IMG/VR virus record: IMGVR_UViG_3300027708_000026
Location: 1 to 64,000 of that record
Length of the DNA: 64,000 nt
Source: a virus
Strand: one strand, 5' to 3'
In this document: positions 43,225-53,453 of the stretch, one piece after another
How positions within the stretch are numbered: position 1 is the stretch's first letter
Layout of the letters: each line of letters begins with the position of its first letter
Translations under genes and position numbers: made by a program
Notes under the pieces: generated by a model
Told to the model about the DNA's origin: nothing
Seen by the model: the letters and a program-made list of their open reading frames with translations, nothing else
Databases searched by the model: none

Positions 43225-45381
43225 CTATTTTATCGGATCTAGGTTCTGATCGAGTCCCGCATTTTTTAAAGTCAATATAGCATCATTTTTAGATGCTTGT
43301 ACAACTTTGGCAATCATGCCCACTGTGATATAGCCAAGCCCATCACGATCAAATGCCGGATTATCATTATAGTATCTTTCACCTGCCTTTGCGACTACAA
43401 CCGAGTCTTCATTAAATCTATATTTAGGTAAAAATACTGTCATGTATACATTAGTCAGCGTAGGGTTCGCGGGACTGTTAGTACCCCAATTATAATAAGA
43501 GAAATATTTGTCGACCCAATCTAATTGATCTACTCTAGATAGATAACTCAAAGGGGCAGATTTAAGTTGCTGCCCTTTTGTGATAGTTGTTATAGCATCA
43601 TTGGTAAATTGTATCAATCCTATAGCCGATGAACCTGCCAGACGATTGGGTTCGGCAGGATTAAATGTCCTACCTGTTTCAAACATCATTGTACCTATCA
43701 AATCTATAGGTTTAATTCCGAGTTTCTGGGATAATGTTTTAATCTTGTTTAAAAATAGTTTATCAGTAGTCCAAGGTTTGACGGTTGTGCCTTCCACGCC
43801 TACATCGACTCCAGTTTTAGATTTACCTACGAACAGAGATCCAGCAGGTTTAATTTTAGAAACAGATGTTCTTTGAGATCCTGCAGTAGTTGCTGATACT
43901 AATGACCCGGTTCCGCTAGCAGATGCATCAGTATTTGAATTAGAAAATGCTGATTTGCTTAAATTTTCGTGCTGCGACCACGGCTCATTCATAGGGACGC
44001 GGGTCATAGCAGCAACCATTCCGGCATCCCTAGTACCCTTTGCTGGAGTAGTCGGAACCGTATATAAATTTATCCCAGGTGGAATATTAGACAGAGGTGG
44101 TTTAGTACCAACTGTTCTTGCGCCCGGTGCTTCTTTAATTAATAGAGCATCTATTCCAATGTAGGAGTTACTGAATAACGACATGTCAGATTTAGAATCG
44201 AGAGCTATTGACGTTATTGACCTAATACTGGTTTGACCACCAGAGAGATGAGAACTATCTTTGTCAACTATTATATTATGACTTCCCAACACTGTCAAGG
44301 TATAGGTACCAGCAGTATTCGTCACGATGTTTCCACTTACAGAATTTAAATCACCATTAGCCTGTAGATTAATATCATTTTCAGCATAAACGTTAAAATT
44401 TCTACTTGCATGTAAATTAAAATCTCGTTCTGCTTTAAAGTTAAAATCTCCCTCAGTGTGTATTGATACAGAATCAGCTGCATAGATGTCGATCTTACCA
44501 TCACCGGTAAACTCTAGCCATGCTGTGCCCTTAGCATTAGCAATATAAATTAAATCAGCAGTATTATGCATCAATATTTGATGCCCGGTGCGTGTTCTTA
44601 ATCTGATCAGTTCGTTATTGCCATCAACATCGCCGTCATCCATGACAAAAGTGCTGCCACCTAATCTACTGACTGGAGTTGTATTATATCCTGTACCTTC
44701 AGATGTATCTGCGTAGCCAATTGTCCCAGTCGGTCCATTTTTATCTAATGGCCCCGGAGTACTGATGCCAAATACCATGCTGGGCTGTTCTCTCCTTGCA
44801 CTACTAGAAGTAATTCCCCTAATATCGTCAAGAAGGAGGCCTTGTTTAGCTAAAACACTGGCAAAAGGATGTACTGGACGAAATGCTTTGTTTATATCTA
44901 GCAAACCTGCAGGGTTCTTTTTATTATATTCGCCAACCGGAAGTGATAGTGCATCTGCATACTCTTCTTTCTGAGCCGGAGTTAACCCTCGGAAATTAGG
45001 CGATGCTGCTATCCCAGGAACCATTTGATTTTGCAATAGATCGGGTATGCATCCTATCCAGTAACCTTGGTTTGGGTCTGAATCAACAAAAATAACCATT
45101 ACCGTAGTACCAACATCAGGAGGGATCATCCACATGCCATAACTTTTTTGAGTTTGATCAAACTTATCCGGATCGTTATTTCCAAACTTGGATGATGTAA
45201 CTCCATAAAAAGGAGTCATATATCTCACCGGGTACGTGTTGTTTTTGTAGTCAGGATCGGCGGTTATTCTTGTTTTTATCACTACTTCGAGGCTACCCAT
45301 GCCAGCATTATCTAGATGGTTTGTAACTTCTGCTAGATATGGGCCCGGACTAGATAATCTGGTAGGTGTTCTTTGACTCAT
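43225..45381 (-). CDS. gp5/VgrG-like central spike with C-terminal lysozyme-like domain
   Basis: OB-fold PPDVGTTVMVIF...GYWIG; RTRTGHQI; beta-helix repeats; C-terminal MMFETG...AIGLIQF...QLDWVDKYF. Confidence 0.75.
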   Translation of the reverse strand: MSQRTPTRLSSPGPYLAEVTNHLDNAGMGSLEVVIKTRITADPDYKNNTYPVRYMTPFYGVTSSKFGNNDPDKFDQTQKSYGMWMIPPDVGTTVMVIFVDSDPNQGYWIGCIPDLLQNQMVPGIAASPNFRGLTPAQKEEYADALSLPVGEYNKKNPAGLLDINKAFRPVHPFASVLAKQGLLLDDIRGITSSSARREQPSMVFGISTPGPLDKNGPTGTIGYADTSEGTGYNTTPVSRLGGSTFVMDDGDVDGNNELIRLRTRTGHQILMHNTADLIYIANAKGTAWLEFTGDGKIDIYAADSVSIHTEGDFNFKAERDFNLHASRNFNVYAENDINLQANGDLNSVSGNIVTNTAGTYTLTVLGSHNIIVDKDSSHLSGGQTSIRSITSIALDSKSDMSLFSNSYIGIDALLIKEAPGARTVGTKPPLSNIPPGINLYTVPTTPAKGTRDAGMVAAMTRVPMNEPWSQHENLSKSAFSNSNTDASASGTGSLVSATTAGSQRTSVSKIKPAGSLFVGKSKTGVDVGVEGTTVKPWTTDKLFLNKIKTLSQKLGIKPIDLIGTMMFETGRTFNPAEPNRLAGSSAIGLIQFTNDAITTITKGQQLKSAPLSYLSRVDQLDWVDKYFSYYNWGTNSPANPTLTNVYMTVFLPKYRFNEDSVVVAKAGERYYNDNPAFDRDGLGYITVGMIAKVVQASKNDAILTLKNAGLDQNLDPIK

Positions 45382-47930
45382 GGATTATTTCTCTTTGTTA
45401 TTCTTGCGAATGCGTCTGAACTTGTCATAGTTGGTTGTGCTGGCACTAGTCCCTCTGCTGTGCCTTCAGCAGCAGATGGAGAAGTTTCGGCGCCTGGGTT
45501 AAGTTTTCCATCCTTTAAATATGTGCCAATTGCAGATCTATTTTCCCCCTTTTGTGGCATCCTGGCCAATTGTAATCTTTGAGTAAACACCCCATTAGAA
45601 AATTTACTAAGTAATTTCCTAACCATGAATACTCCGCTAAATTCAAGTCGACCAGTTTCCGGATCAGCATCTTGAAATTTTAAAAATCCAGATTCGCCAA
45701 TATCGATTGGATTTCTAAAAGTTACCTCTATATACGGGGTCCCGTAGTTTTGATTTAAAGATCCATTCTCGCCTACAACACCATTTGTAGATACTGGATC
45801 AAAATTGCTGACTCCACCCATGACAAGAAATACTGGATCGCCCAAAATGCTTAGTTCAACTTCGGTCATATTGTAAGTACGTTTAACCACTGCTTCATAC
45901 ATGGCTTTTGACTGAACATAATATGGATCGGAACTTGGGGGGCCGGCCGACAAGCTACCCGATGTAACCAGATTGTCTCGATAAGAATTAAGAGTCGGGA
46001 GTATCGCATTACGTGCTGTAGGTGGACCTTTGGATAAATTAGCAGCAAGCCCTACACGGTTTTCGCCATCGAATCTATGGATGCTAAGTTCTTCGGTAGA
46101 TACTGCATTGGCCAGAGATTTTATGCCGCTGCTAAGTCCCATGGCATTAGGAATTCCAGCATATAAACTGTTGTTGAAATTAATTTTAAAATCTAATATG
46201 TCACGATTATTGCCTGTATAGATATAATCATATTTACGAATTAAAAAGTGTTTTTTCATATCAGGTCCAAAAACAAATTTCTCTTGTTGGTATCCGGGAA
46301 CCATCGTATAGTGTATTTTATATGGTGTTACCTTGTAGACAAATCTCTGATAAAATCTGTTACTGATCAAATCAAATTCATCCAGATTTGTCACTTCTAC
46401 TCGTATTAAAAAATACTCTAAAAGTCCGGTATCAACATCGATTTTTGAATATATATTTTTTAATATATTCTTCGCCCACTCACTTTCAGTAATAATTGCT
46501 GCCATGCAATCAGTAATATTTGAATTTGCAGCAAAACTTACAATTTTCGAAGATTGGACGGCTGTGGGTTGACCTTTAGAGCCTTTGCTACCGTAACCAT
46601 TTGCAATACCAGAAGCTTGATTGTCGGAAAATGTAAAGATATTATTAGATTTTAAATCAGTGGCATAGACCCTACTATTGGCAAGGGCTGAGAAATTTGA
46701 ATTTACATCGGAAAAAGAAATTAAATATTCATCCTTACCTATAGGGGAAGTCTCCTTAGTGTAGGCGTTTTTATTTGCGGTAGCACGCTGGAATGCTACT
46801 TGATCAAGAAAGTCTACTAAAATATCCGACACAGTCGTTCCTTTGATTTGAACGTTTTGGTGTAGCTTATTGATTTCATCAGTGAATGCAAATTCATTGA
46901 ATGGGAGTCCTACACAAATATATTTTGACCCTTTTGCGGTTACGTCTAATTGTATCTTTGTTATTCTAATTCCAAAATACCGTGTGGAATTCTCAATATC
47001 ATCATCAAGTTTACCATCGTCAGTGTAACCAACAAAATTCATTTTTAGCAAAAATGATGCTGATGAATAATTTGCATAACCGCATCCCAATGCAGCGGCT
47101 TGCAATGCTTCTAAAAATCCGTTAATGCTATAAGGCTCATATACGTCAAATCTAAATGCCAATGGTAGTGTTGGACCGCCTTTGCCAGAGAAAGACAATA
47201 ATGTATCAATTTCAAGATTATCAATGTACATGTCAAATCTTCCGGGACTATTTTTATTGAATCCTTTGATAAATCCAACCGCTTGGTCAGTCAAGGCCCT
47301 ATTTTCTTTTGTGGTCGAATTTGACAGACCAACTGATGATTCTGCCATGCCATAGTTTTCGCCCTTGCCGCCAGATTTGAGTATAGTATAGGCCTTTGAA
47401 TCCGCCTCAAATGCCGCAATCGAAGGATTAGTGGCCAGTGTAGTCCTTCTCAAACCAGATAAGGTAAAATTATAAGTATAATTGACATACTTATTTAGAA
47501 CATTTTCGCCTAATATTTCTTTTCTAGAGTAGACTACTGGTCCATTATCTTCGCTCGGATCAACTTCAGGGACAGGGATCTGTCTAGATATTTCCGGACT
47601 TGGGGCATATCCCCTAGTGGCAGCGGACATCGCGAAGGTTCCGGCGGAAGAATTTGCTCTAGCTGCTTTTGTGAGGGGATTACGCCTGTCAGATCCTGCC
47701 ATAGATAACGACGGTGCTCTATTACTAGTTGCAACTGCGAGAGCATCCTGTATTTTTTGATCTTTTTGAACATTGCTTATGGCGGCGAGTCCAGCACTAC
47801 CTTGATTTGCGGCCGCTTGGGCAGCTTGAGCATTTTGAGGAGCCAATGCCGCTTGCGCTCGACGTGTGCTGTCTGCAATACGTTGGAGTCGCTGTTGTTC
47901 TAAATACCTTGCATATTGACCGTTATCCAT
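45378..47930 (-). CDS. Baseplate hub protein (gp27-like)
   Basis: Between gp53 and gp5; C-terminal ILGDP...FSGVFMV...FSNGVFTQRL. Confidence 0.6.
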   Translation of the reverse strand: MDNGQYARYLEQQRLQRIADSTRRAQAALAPQNAQAAQAAANQGSAGLAAISNVQKDQKIQDALAVATSNRAPSLSMAGSDRRNPLTKAARANSSAGTFAMSAATRGYAPSPEISRQIPVPEVDPSEDNGPVVYSRKEILGENVLNKYVNYTYNFTLSGLRRTTLATNPSIAAFEADSKAYTILKSGGKGENYGMAESSVGLSNSTTKENRALTDQAVGFIKGFNKNSPGRFDMYIDNLEIDTLLSFSGKGGPTLPLAFRFDVYEPYSINGFLEALQAAALGCGYANYSSASFLLKMNFVGYTDDGKLDDDIENSTRYFGIRITKIQLDVTAKGSKYICVGLPFNEFAFTDEINKLHQNVQIKGTTVSDILVDFLDQVAFQRATANKNAYTKETSPIGKDEYLISFSDVNSNFSALANSRVYATDLKSNNIFTFSDNQASGIANGYGSKGSKGQPTAVQSSKIVSFAANSNITDCMAAIITESEWAKNILKNIYSKIDVDTGLLEYFLIRVEVTNLDEFDLISNRFYQRFVYKVTPYKIHYTMVPGYQQEKFVFGPDMKKHFLIRKYDYIYTGNNRDILDFKINFNNSLYAGIPNAMGLSSGIKSLANAVSTEELSIHRFDGENRVGLAANLSKGPPTARNAILPTLNSYRDNLVTSGSLSAGPPSSDPYYVQSKAMYEAVVKRTYNMTEVELSILGDPVFLVMGGVSNFDPVSTNGVVGENGSLNQNYGTPYIEVTFRNPIDIGESGFLKFQDADPETGRLEFSGVFMVRKLLSKFSNGVFTQRLQLARMPQKGENRSAIGTYLKDGKLNPGAETSPSAAEGTAEGLVPAQPTMTSSDAFARITKRNNP

Positions 47931-47931
47931 G

Positions 47932-48234
47932 CTAGATTCCTAACGCAGATTTAATAGTGGCAATTTTAGGTAGATATATTTGTACACCCGATACCAAATC
48001 AAATATTGGATCTTTTATAATCCCGGGATTTCGCATGGCAAATATCCACCATAACTTTTCTGTATCATAAAGATCATAGGCTAAAAGGTCCGGCCTATGA
48101 TGATACTTGGACTGGACTTCATAAAAGATATCATCTTTTTGAAAAGGAATCTTTTTTGGTGACCATATGTCAAGATACCCATTACTCTGACTGGTATTAG
48201 AATAGGGACTAAACTGTGAATACGATACGGACAT
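47932..48234 (-). CDS. gp53: Baseplate wedge gp53-like (LysM-like)
   Basis: HRPDLLAYDLY...LWWIFAMRN...IYLP. Confidence 0.8.
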   Translation of the reverse strand: MSVSYSQFSPYSNTSQSNGYLDIWSPKKIPFQKDDIFYEVQSKYHHRPDLLAYDLYDTEKLWWIFAMRNPGIIKDPIFDLVSGVQIYLPKIATIKSALGI

Positions 48235-49055
48235 TATAGATATCCTTTATTTTGGCCACTAATATTATAACTACCCGAAAGCCATTGTTCCACTGAAAAA
48301 TCTTTAATCTGCTGTCGACTATATACCGGATTACAAACCACTGTGATAGAGGAAACGACCGGAACTGAACTGTTTGTTGAAAAATTTTGACTGTTGCCGT
48401 CCTTATGCGCTGTAAAGTAATCGACATTTTCAGGTAATTCATGTTTAAATGACGTTATAACCACTGGAACATTCTCTAACATATAGTTGCCATAACCAAA
48501 AAGTCTACATACCGGTGGCGGTGATCCTCTTTGAGCATCCGTCCCTTGTTGCATTTTAGTTAAAATTTTAAGTAAATGAATTGTTGACAATAAGACCTCC
48601 GCATCAGCATCGTGTTCGACAGTAAATTTACCAGATATTGTTATAGGACTCACTGCACTATTTTGATAAAAATATTGTGTAAAATTTGAATGTGTTGGAT
48701 TTTGTGCGGTATAATTTGCTTTGTGTTCAAATTGAATGCTTGGGGTATATGGGAAGATGATTCCTTGAAATAATGCCACTCCAGATTCGGAAGGACCTGC
48801 AGCACTACTACTTATATCTGCTATAGTGTAGCTGTTATTAGGATTATATCTAGCACCCATTATATCTTGGAACCAATATCCAACTGGCACGGTAATCTTT
48901 ACCCGAGTATCAGTCTTCTGGGTGGTACCATCTGCCCTAATAAAGTTGATCTGAGGTTTTGGTGGCGATGGAAGATTTGCGCCTTTGGTCAAGGCTCTGC
49001 GTAATAGCTGTGTACCAATTAAGCCACCAAGGCCAACCCATTCTTCGTCTTTCAT
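48234..49055 (-). CDS. Tail-tube initiator/baseplate protein (gp48/gp54-like)
   Basis: IIFPYTPSI, SPPPVCRL, NVPVVITSF; first gene of the baseplate operon. Confidence 0.55.
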   Translation of the reverse strand: MKDEEWVGLGGLIGTQLLRRALTKGANLPSPPKPQINFIRADGTTQKTDTRVKITVPVGYWFQDIMGARYNPNNSYTIADISSSAAGPSESGVALFQGIIFPYTPSIQFEHKANYTAQNPTHSNFTQYFYQNSAVSPITISGKFTVEHDADAEVLLSTIHLLKILTKMQQGTDAQRGSPPPVCRLFGYGNYMLENVPVVITSFKHELPENVDYFTAHKDGNSQNFSTNSSVPVVSSITVVCNPVYSRQQIKDFSVEQWLSGSYNISGQNKGYL

Positions 49056-49073
49056 GATAAATCCTTTACATGT

Positions 49074-49091
49074 TATTTACCAATATAAATA
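49074..49091. promoter_or_regulatory. Back-to-back late promoters: GTAAATA (-) and TATAAATA (+)
   Basis: TATTTAC at 49074-80 and TATAAATA at 49084-91 in the divergent intergenic region. Confidence 0.55.
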
Positions 49092-49114
49092 ATGTGCTAG
49101 TTTAATTAATACGG

Positions 49115-49142
49115 TTGACATTGAGTAAATCCATGTTATACT
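49115..49142 (+). promoter_or_regulatory. Sigma70-type promoter for the late sigma gene
   Basis: TTGACA-16 nt-TATACT with a TGn extended -10. Confidence 0.7.
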
Positions 49143-49169
49143 GTAATTCATAAGGATAACAATAATAAG

Positions 49170-50081
49170 ATGAGTACTCCAATTCCCACAACGAGAAAAG
49201 TAAAATATTTAAACAACAGAGACCTACTAGCAGAAATACACAGAAGTAAATGCAGCTTTTCCAGTTTCACTCTCCCGGAATATCAACAACACGACATTAT
49301 TTTACCTAGTTTAACTAGAGTTAACATTAGAACCGTAGCAGAAGCCAAACGGGCAAGAGCAAAACGCACAGGAATACAAATTTTTACACAGGCCAGGCTT
49401 AGTGGAGATAAGAAAGTCAAGCTGGCAGAATGCATTCCCGACTATACCACCATCGCTAAAACTGATGTGATCATAAGAATCATGACTTTTGATCATATTC
49501 CACTAGCTCCTGGACGCAAGAAAACTACAAAAACCACAGCCGACAGTCATGATAAAGTAAACTTCCCGCCATTCCAACATTGGAAATACAATGATCAAGA
49601 TGAATTAGTATGCGTAGGTAAGAGTCATTGGCGTGGTCCCGTGGATACTGGTCACTTTGACAAAGATAAGGGACGTATCACTGAAAACTTGGGTAAGATG
49701 TTTATCAAACTCAGCGAGAGATATGCACAGCGCAGCAATTGGCGCGGGTATACCTATATCGACGAAATGAAAGGGCAGGCAATTCTACAGCTGAGCCATA
49801 TTGGATTACAATTTGACGAATCAAAAAGCGAAAATCCCTTTGCCTATTATACCGCTGCTGTGACTAATAGCTTCACAAGAATATTGAACATCGAGAAAAA
49901 GAGTCAAAATATACGTGATGATCTATTGGAAGAAGCTGGACTAACCCCAAGCCTAACCAGACAAAATAGTCAAGAATACGCGGAAGAAATTGCACGGCAA
50001 GCAGAACTCTACAAAAATATGCGTATGCCCAAGAGCGAAGCTGTATCGGAAGAAGAAGAAATAGAAAACGAAGATCTTTAA
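49170..50081 (+). CDS. gp55: Late-transcription sigma factor, gp55-like
   Basis: YLNNRDLL...; LGKMFIKLSERY...NWRGYTYIDEM...FDESKSENPFAYYT; directly upstream of gp47/gp46. Confidence 0.8.
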   Translation: MSTPIPTTRKVKYLNNRDLLAEIHRSKCSFSSFTLPEYQQHDIILPSLTRVNIRTVAEAKRARAKRTGIQIFTQARLSGDKKVKLAECIPDYTTIAKTDVIIRIMTFDHIPLAPGRKKTTKTTADSHDKVNFPPFQHWKYNDQDELVCVGKSHWRGPVDTGHFDKDKGRITENLGKMFIKLSERYAQRSNWRGYTYIDEMKGQAILQLSHIGLQFDESKSENPFAYYTAAVTNSFTRILNIEKKSQNIRDDLLEEAGLTPSLTRQNSQEYAEEIARQAELYKNMRMPKSEAVSEEEEIENEDL

Positions 50082-50082
50082 C

Positions 50083-50111
50083 TTGACTTATTAAGACGTA
50101 TCCACTACACT
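50083..50111 (+). promoter_or_regulatory. Sigma70-type promoter
   Basis: TTGACT-17 nt-TACACT. Confidence 0.6.
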
Positions 50112-50130
50112 TATAGTAGGAGTATTATTA

Positions 50131-51144
50131 ATGAGTCTGTTTAAGAAAGTTGCATGTTTTACCGATATACATTTTGGACTAAAATCAAATTCATCGACAC
50201 ATTTAAGAGATTGTGAGGAATTCGTAGACTGGTTTATTCAAGAAGCCAAGACCGCGGGGTGTGAAACTGCGATCTTCTTGGGCGACTGGAGTCACAATCG
50301 TAATAGTCTAAACTTATTCACACTGGACAGCAGTTTACGCTGCCTAGAAAAACTAGGTGCAGCATTTGAACAGTTCTTTTGGTTCCCAGGTAACCACGAT
50401 CTATTTTATAAAGACAAGCGTGACATTCATTCGAGTGCCTTTGGTCGGCACATTCCAGGCGTCACTGTTGTAGACAGTATATGGACCCGGGATGATGTCA
50501 CACTTGTACCTTGGCTAATAGGCGATGAGTGGAAGTCTATGAAAGACATCAAGAGCAAATATGTATTTGGTCACTTCGAATTACCCAAGTTCTTCATGAA
50601 CGCTATGGTACAAATGCCCGATCACGGTGAACTTAGAGCAGAGGATTTTAACGGCCCAGACTATATATTCAGTGGACACTTCCATAAACGACAAGAAAAC
50701 AACCGAGTGATCTACATTGGTAATGCATTTCCGCACAATTATAGTGATGCAGGGGATGATGAACGCGGGATGATGACATTAGAATGGGGCGGTGAGCCTA
50801 AATTTATTAATTGGTCCAACTGCCCCAAGTACAGATCTATCAAACTTAGCGATTTGATCGACCAAAAAGACACAATCATGAAGGGTAAGATGCATTTCAA
50901 AGTGAATCTAGACATAGATATCAGTTTTGAAGAAGCAAACTTCATCAAAGAAACGTTTATGAAAGGTTACAATATACGAGAGATTAGCCTTATACAAGAT
51001 AAAGTTAATTTAGAAGGCACTGCTGGGGAAATTTTAGATAGCACTTTTGAAAGTGTAGATCAAATTGTCACGGATAGTCTGGTCAATATCGAATCGGAAC
51101 AATTTGATAGATCAATGCTGTTAGAAATTTATAACGAACTATAA
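50131..51144 (+). CDS. gp47: Recombination nuclease gp47 (Mre11/SbcD-like)
   Basis: TDIHFG, LGDW, GNHD, GHF, SGHFH. Confidence 0.92.
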   Translation: MSLFKKVACFTDIHFGLKSNSSTHLRDCEEFVDWFIQEAKTAGCETAIFLGDWSHNRNSLNLFTLDSSLRCLEKLGAAFEQFFWFPGNHDLFYKDKRDIHSSAFGRHIPGVTVVDSIWTRDDVTLVPWLIGDEWKSMKDIKSKYVFGHFELPKFFMNAMVQMPDHGELRAEDFNGPDYIFSGHFHKRQENNRVIYIGNAFPHNYSDAGDDERGMMTLEWGGEPKFINWSNCPKYRSIKLSDLIDQKDTIMKGKMHFKVNLDIDISFEEANFIKETFMKGYNIREISLIQDKVNLEGTAGEILDSTFESVDQIVTDSLVNIESEQFDRSMLLEIYNEL

Positions 51145-52922
51145 TGTTTAAATTAAAAAATATCACTGCAAAAAACTTCATGAGTGTGGGCAATCAAACC
51201 CAGGCTGTGCAATTTGATAAAGAACTGCTTACTCTAGTGTTAGGTGCGAATCTAGATCTAGGGGGAGATGATACTGGCAGCAGGAACGGGACTGGAAAAA
51301 CTACCATTGTCAATGCATTGAGTTATGCATTATATGGGCAAGCATTAACAAACATCAAAAAAGAAAACTTAATCAACAAAATCAACGGTAAGAATATGTT
51401 AGTCACCGTTGAATTTGAAAAAGACGGGAATCATTATAGGATTGAACGCGGTCGCAAACCCAATGTACTTAAATTGTACGTCAATGATAATCAAATAAAA
51501 GACGACACCGCTGAAGATGACAGCCAAGGGGATAGCAGGGAAACACAAAAAGCCATCGAACAGATGTTAGGCATGAGTCACACCATGTTCAAGCATCTAG
51601 TGGCACTGAATACCTATACCGAACCCTTTTTAAGCATGCGGGCCGCAGATCAAAGGGAGATAATCGAACAACTTTTAGGCATTACCCTATTGAGTGAGAA
51701 GGCAGAGGCCTTAAAAACATCAGTCAAAGACACTAAAGATTCGATAGTATCCGAAAATGCCACTATCGAAGCCACTAAAAAAGCCAATGAGAACATACAG
51801 AAAAGCATTGACAGCTTGATCATACGCAGTAGTGCATGGGATGCCAAGCAGGAATCTGATATTTCTACCATGGTCAATAACATACACATCTTGAGTGAAG
51901 TTAACATCGAACAAGAATTAACATTGCACAGTCAGCTCAAACTATGGAATGAACACGATATTAAGATTCGAAATCTCAGTAAGCAGCGGGCAACTTTAGA
52001 TTCTGCACTAGGACAAGCTGAAAGAAGTGTTAAGAAGTATGAGAAGGAACTGGCAAGCCTGGAAAATAAGACTTGTCATGCTTGCGAACAGGAACTCCAC
52101 GATCATAAGCATGAAGAAATGTCTGCGCTGGCTCAGGCACAGTTAGACGAAGCGATGAAATACTTTGATAAAATATCTCAAGACTTACAAAAGATCGTAG
52201 ATGAGATCGGCAACGGGGATACGCCGCACAAACCGTTGACGTTTTATGACACTGAGGCAGAAGCATTAGAACATAAGAACAATTTAGATAGTCTCGAGAA
52301 GAGTTTGACCTCGAGGGCAGACGAAATCAATCCCTATGCTGAACAAGTCGATGAACTTAGAAGGACTGCCATACAAGAAGTGACATGGGATCGTATCAAC
52401 GAGTTGACTAGACTTAGAGATCATCAAGAATTCCTATTAAAACTACTGACCAATAAGGACAGTTTCATTCGTAAAAAGATCATCGATCAAAATCTAAGCT
52501 ATCTAAACAGACGACTGGGATACTATATCGATAAGTTGGGCCTGCCACACAGGGTAGTATTCCAGAATGACCTAACAGTTGAGATCACTCAGCTGGGACA
52601 AGATTTAGATTTTGATAATTTATCACGCGGAGAACGAAACAGATTGATATTATCAATGAGTTTTGCCTTCCGAGATGTATGGGAAGGTCTATATCAAGGC
52701 ATCAACTTGCTATTCATCGATGAATTAGTCGATGCTGGTATGGATGCCGCAGGTGTAGAAAGCGCCCTAGCTGTATTGAAAAAGATGGCTAGGGAAAGAA
52801 ACAAGAATATTTACTTGATAAGTCATAAGGATGAACTTATGGGTCGGGTCAATAGTGTATTAAGGGTAGTAAAAGAAAATGGATTCACAAGTTATTCCAG
52901 CAATGCAGAGTACGTCGACTGA
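51144..52922 (+). CDS. gp46: Recombination ATPase gp46 (Rad50/SbcC-like)
   Basis: KNFMSVG, NGTGKTT, zinc hook CHAC, LSRGE, FIDE, ISH. Confidence 0.92.
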   Translation: MFKLKNITAKNFMSVGNQTQAVQFDKELLTLVLGANLDLGGDDTGSRNGTGKTTIVNALSYALYGQALTNIKKENLINKINGKNMLVTVEFEKDGNHYRIERGRKPNVLKLYVNDNQIKDDTAEDDSQGDSRETQKAIEQMLGMSHTMFKHLVALNTYTEPFLSMRAADQREIIEQLLGITLLSEKAEALKTSVKDTKDSIVSENATIEATKKANENIQKSIDSLIIRSSAWDAKQESDISTMVNNIHILSEVNIEQELTLHSQLKLWNEHDIKIRNLSKQRATLDSALGQAERSVKKYEKELASLENKTCHACEQELHDHKHEEMSALAQAQLDEAMKYFDKISQDLQKIVDEIGNGDTPHKPLTFYDTEAEALEHKNNLDSLEKSLTSRADEINPYAEQVDELRRTAIQEVTWDRINELTRLRDHQEFLLKLLTNKDSFIRKKIIDQNLSYLNRRLGYYIDKLGLPHRVVFQNDLTVEITQLGQDLDFDNLSRGERNRLILSMSFAFRDVWEGLYQGINLLFIDELVDAGMDAAGVESALAVLKKMARERNKNIYLISHKDELMGRVNSVLRVVKENGFTSYSSNAEYVD

Positions 52923-53256
52923 AAAAACTCAAGTCTATAAAGATTTATACTCAGAATTTTTAGGCGACGTAGTACTACTGCATAACTATCATACAACATA
53001 TACAATACATACTGGGTTAGAAACATCGCAAAGATTTCGATCCCAGTGTATGAAAATGGGCAAGTTGTTAAGGAAACTGAGAACTGCTAGTGCAGAATCT
53101 TTCGAAGAACAACGACAAAATCGAAAAATTATGAAACGTAATCAAGCAGTTTATAACAAAACTAAACTTGCAGCTAGACGATTAAGAGGAAGTCAGCGTT
53201 CAGCGAATGCTGCTGCTAGAAGAGAGAAAGCAAATAACAAAGGAAATATAAAATGA
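52903..53256 (+). CDS. Basic helical hypothetical protein (possible Hc1-like paralog)
   Basis: Arg/Lys-rich; start at 52903 or 52879. Confidence 0.6.
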   Translation: MQSTSTEKTQVYKDLYSEFLGDVVLLHNYHTTYTIHTGLETSQRFRSQCMKMGKLLRKLRTASAESFEEQRQNRKIMKRNQAVYNKTKLAARRLRGSQRSANAAARREKANNKGNIK

Positions 53257-53450
53257 ATGATACCGCAACACAACTACAAGCACACTTCGACGAATTCTTA
53301 AAAGAAGACGCAAAGTTTACAGCAGGCAATGCTGCCGCAGGTACTCGCGCACGTAAGGCATTGGGTGAATTATCTAAAGCAGTCAAAACCCGTCGTAATG
53401 AAATCACTGCTGAGAAGAATGCTCGCAAGGAAGCTAAAGTAGCAAAATAA
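53253..53450 (+). CDS. Hc1-like (histone H1-like) small DNA-binding protein
   Basis: GNAAAGTRARKAL motif; AAGGA RBS. Confidence 0.75.
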   Translation: MNDTATQLQAHFDEFLKEDAKFTAGNAAAGTRARKALGELSKAVKTRRNEITAEKNARKEAKVAK

Positions 53451-53453
53451 TCG

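Noticed and set aside
52610-52640. LSRGE instead of LSGG in the gp46 ABC signature as a sign of inactivation
   Set aside because: This position varies among phage gp46/Rad50 proteins; all other ATPase motifs are intact.
53253-53450. Host assignment from the Hc1-like gene
   Set aside because: Insufficient. The TTGACA/TATAAT promoters and AGGAG SD sites only indicate a host with canonical sigma70/SD usage.
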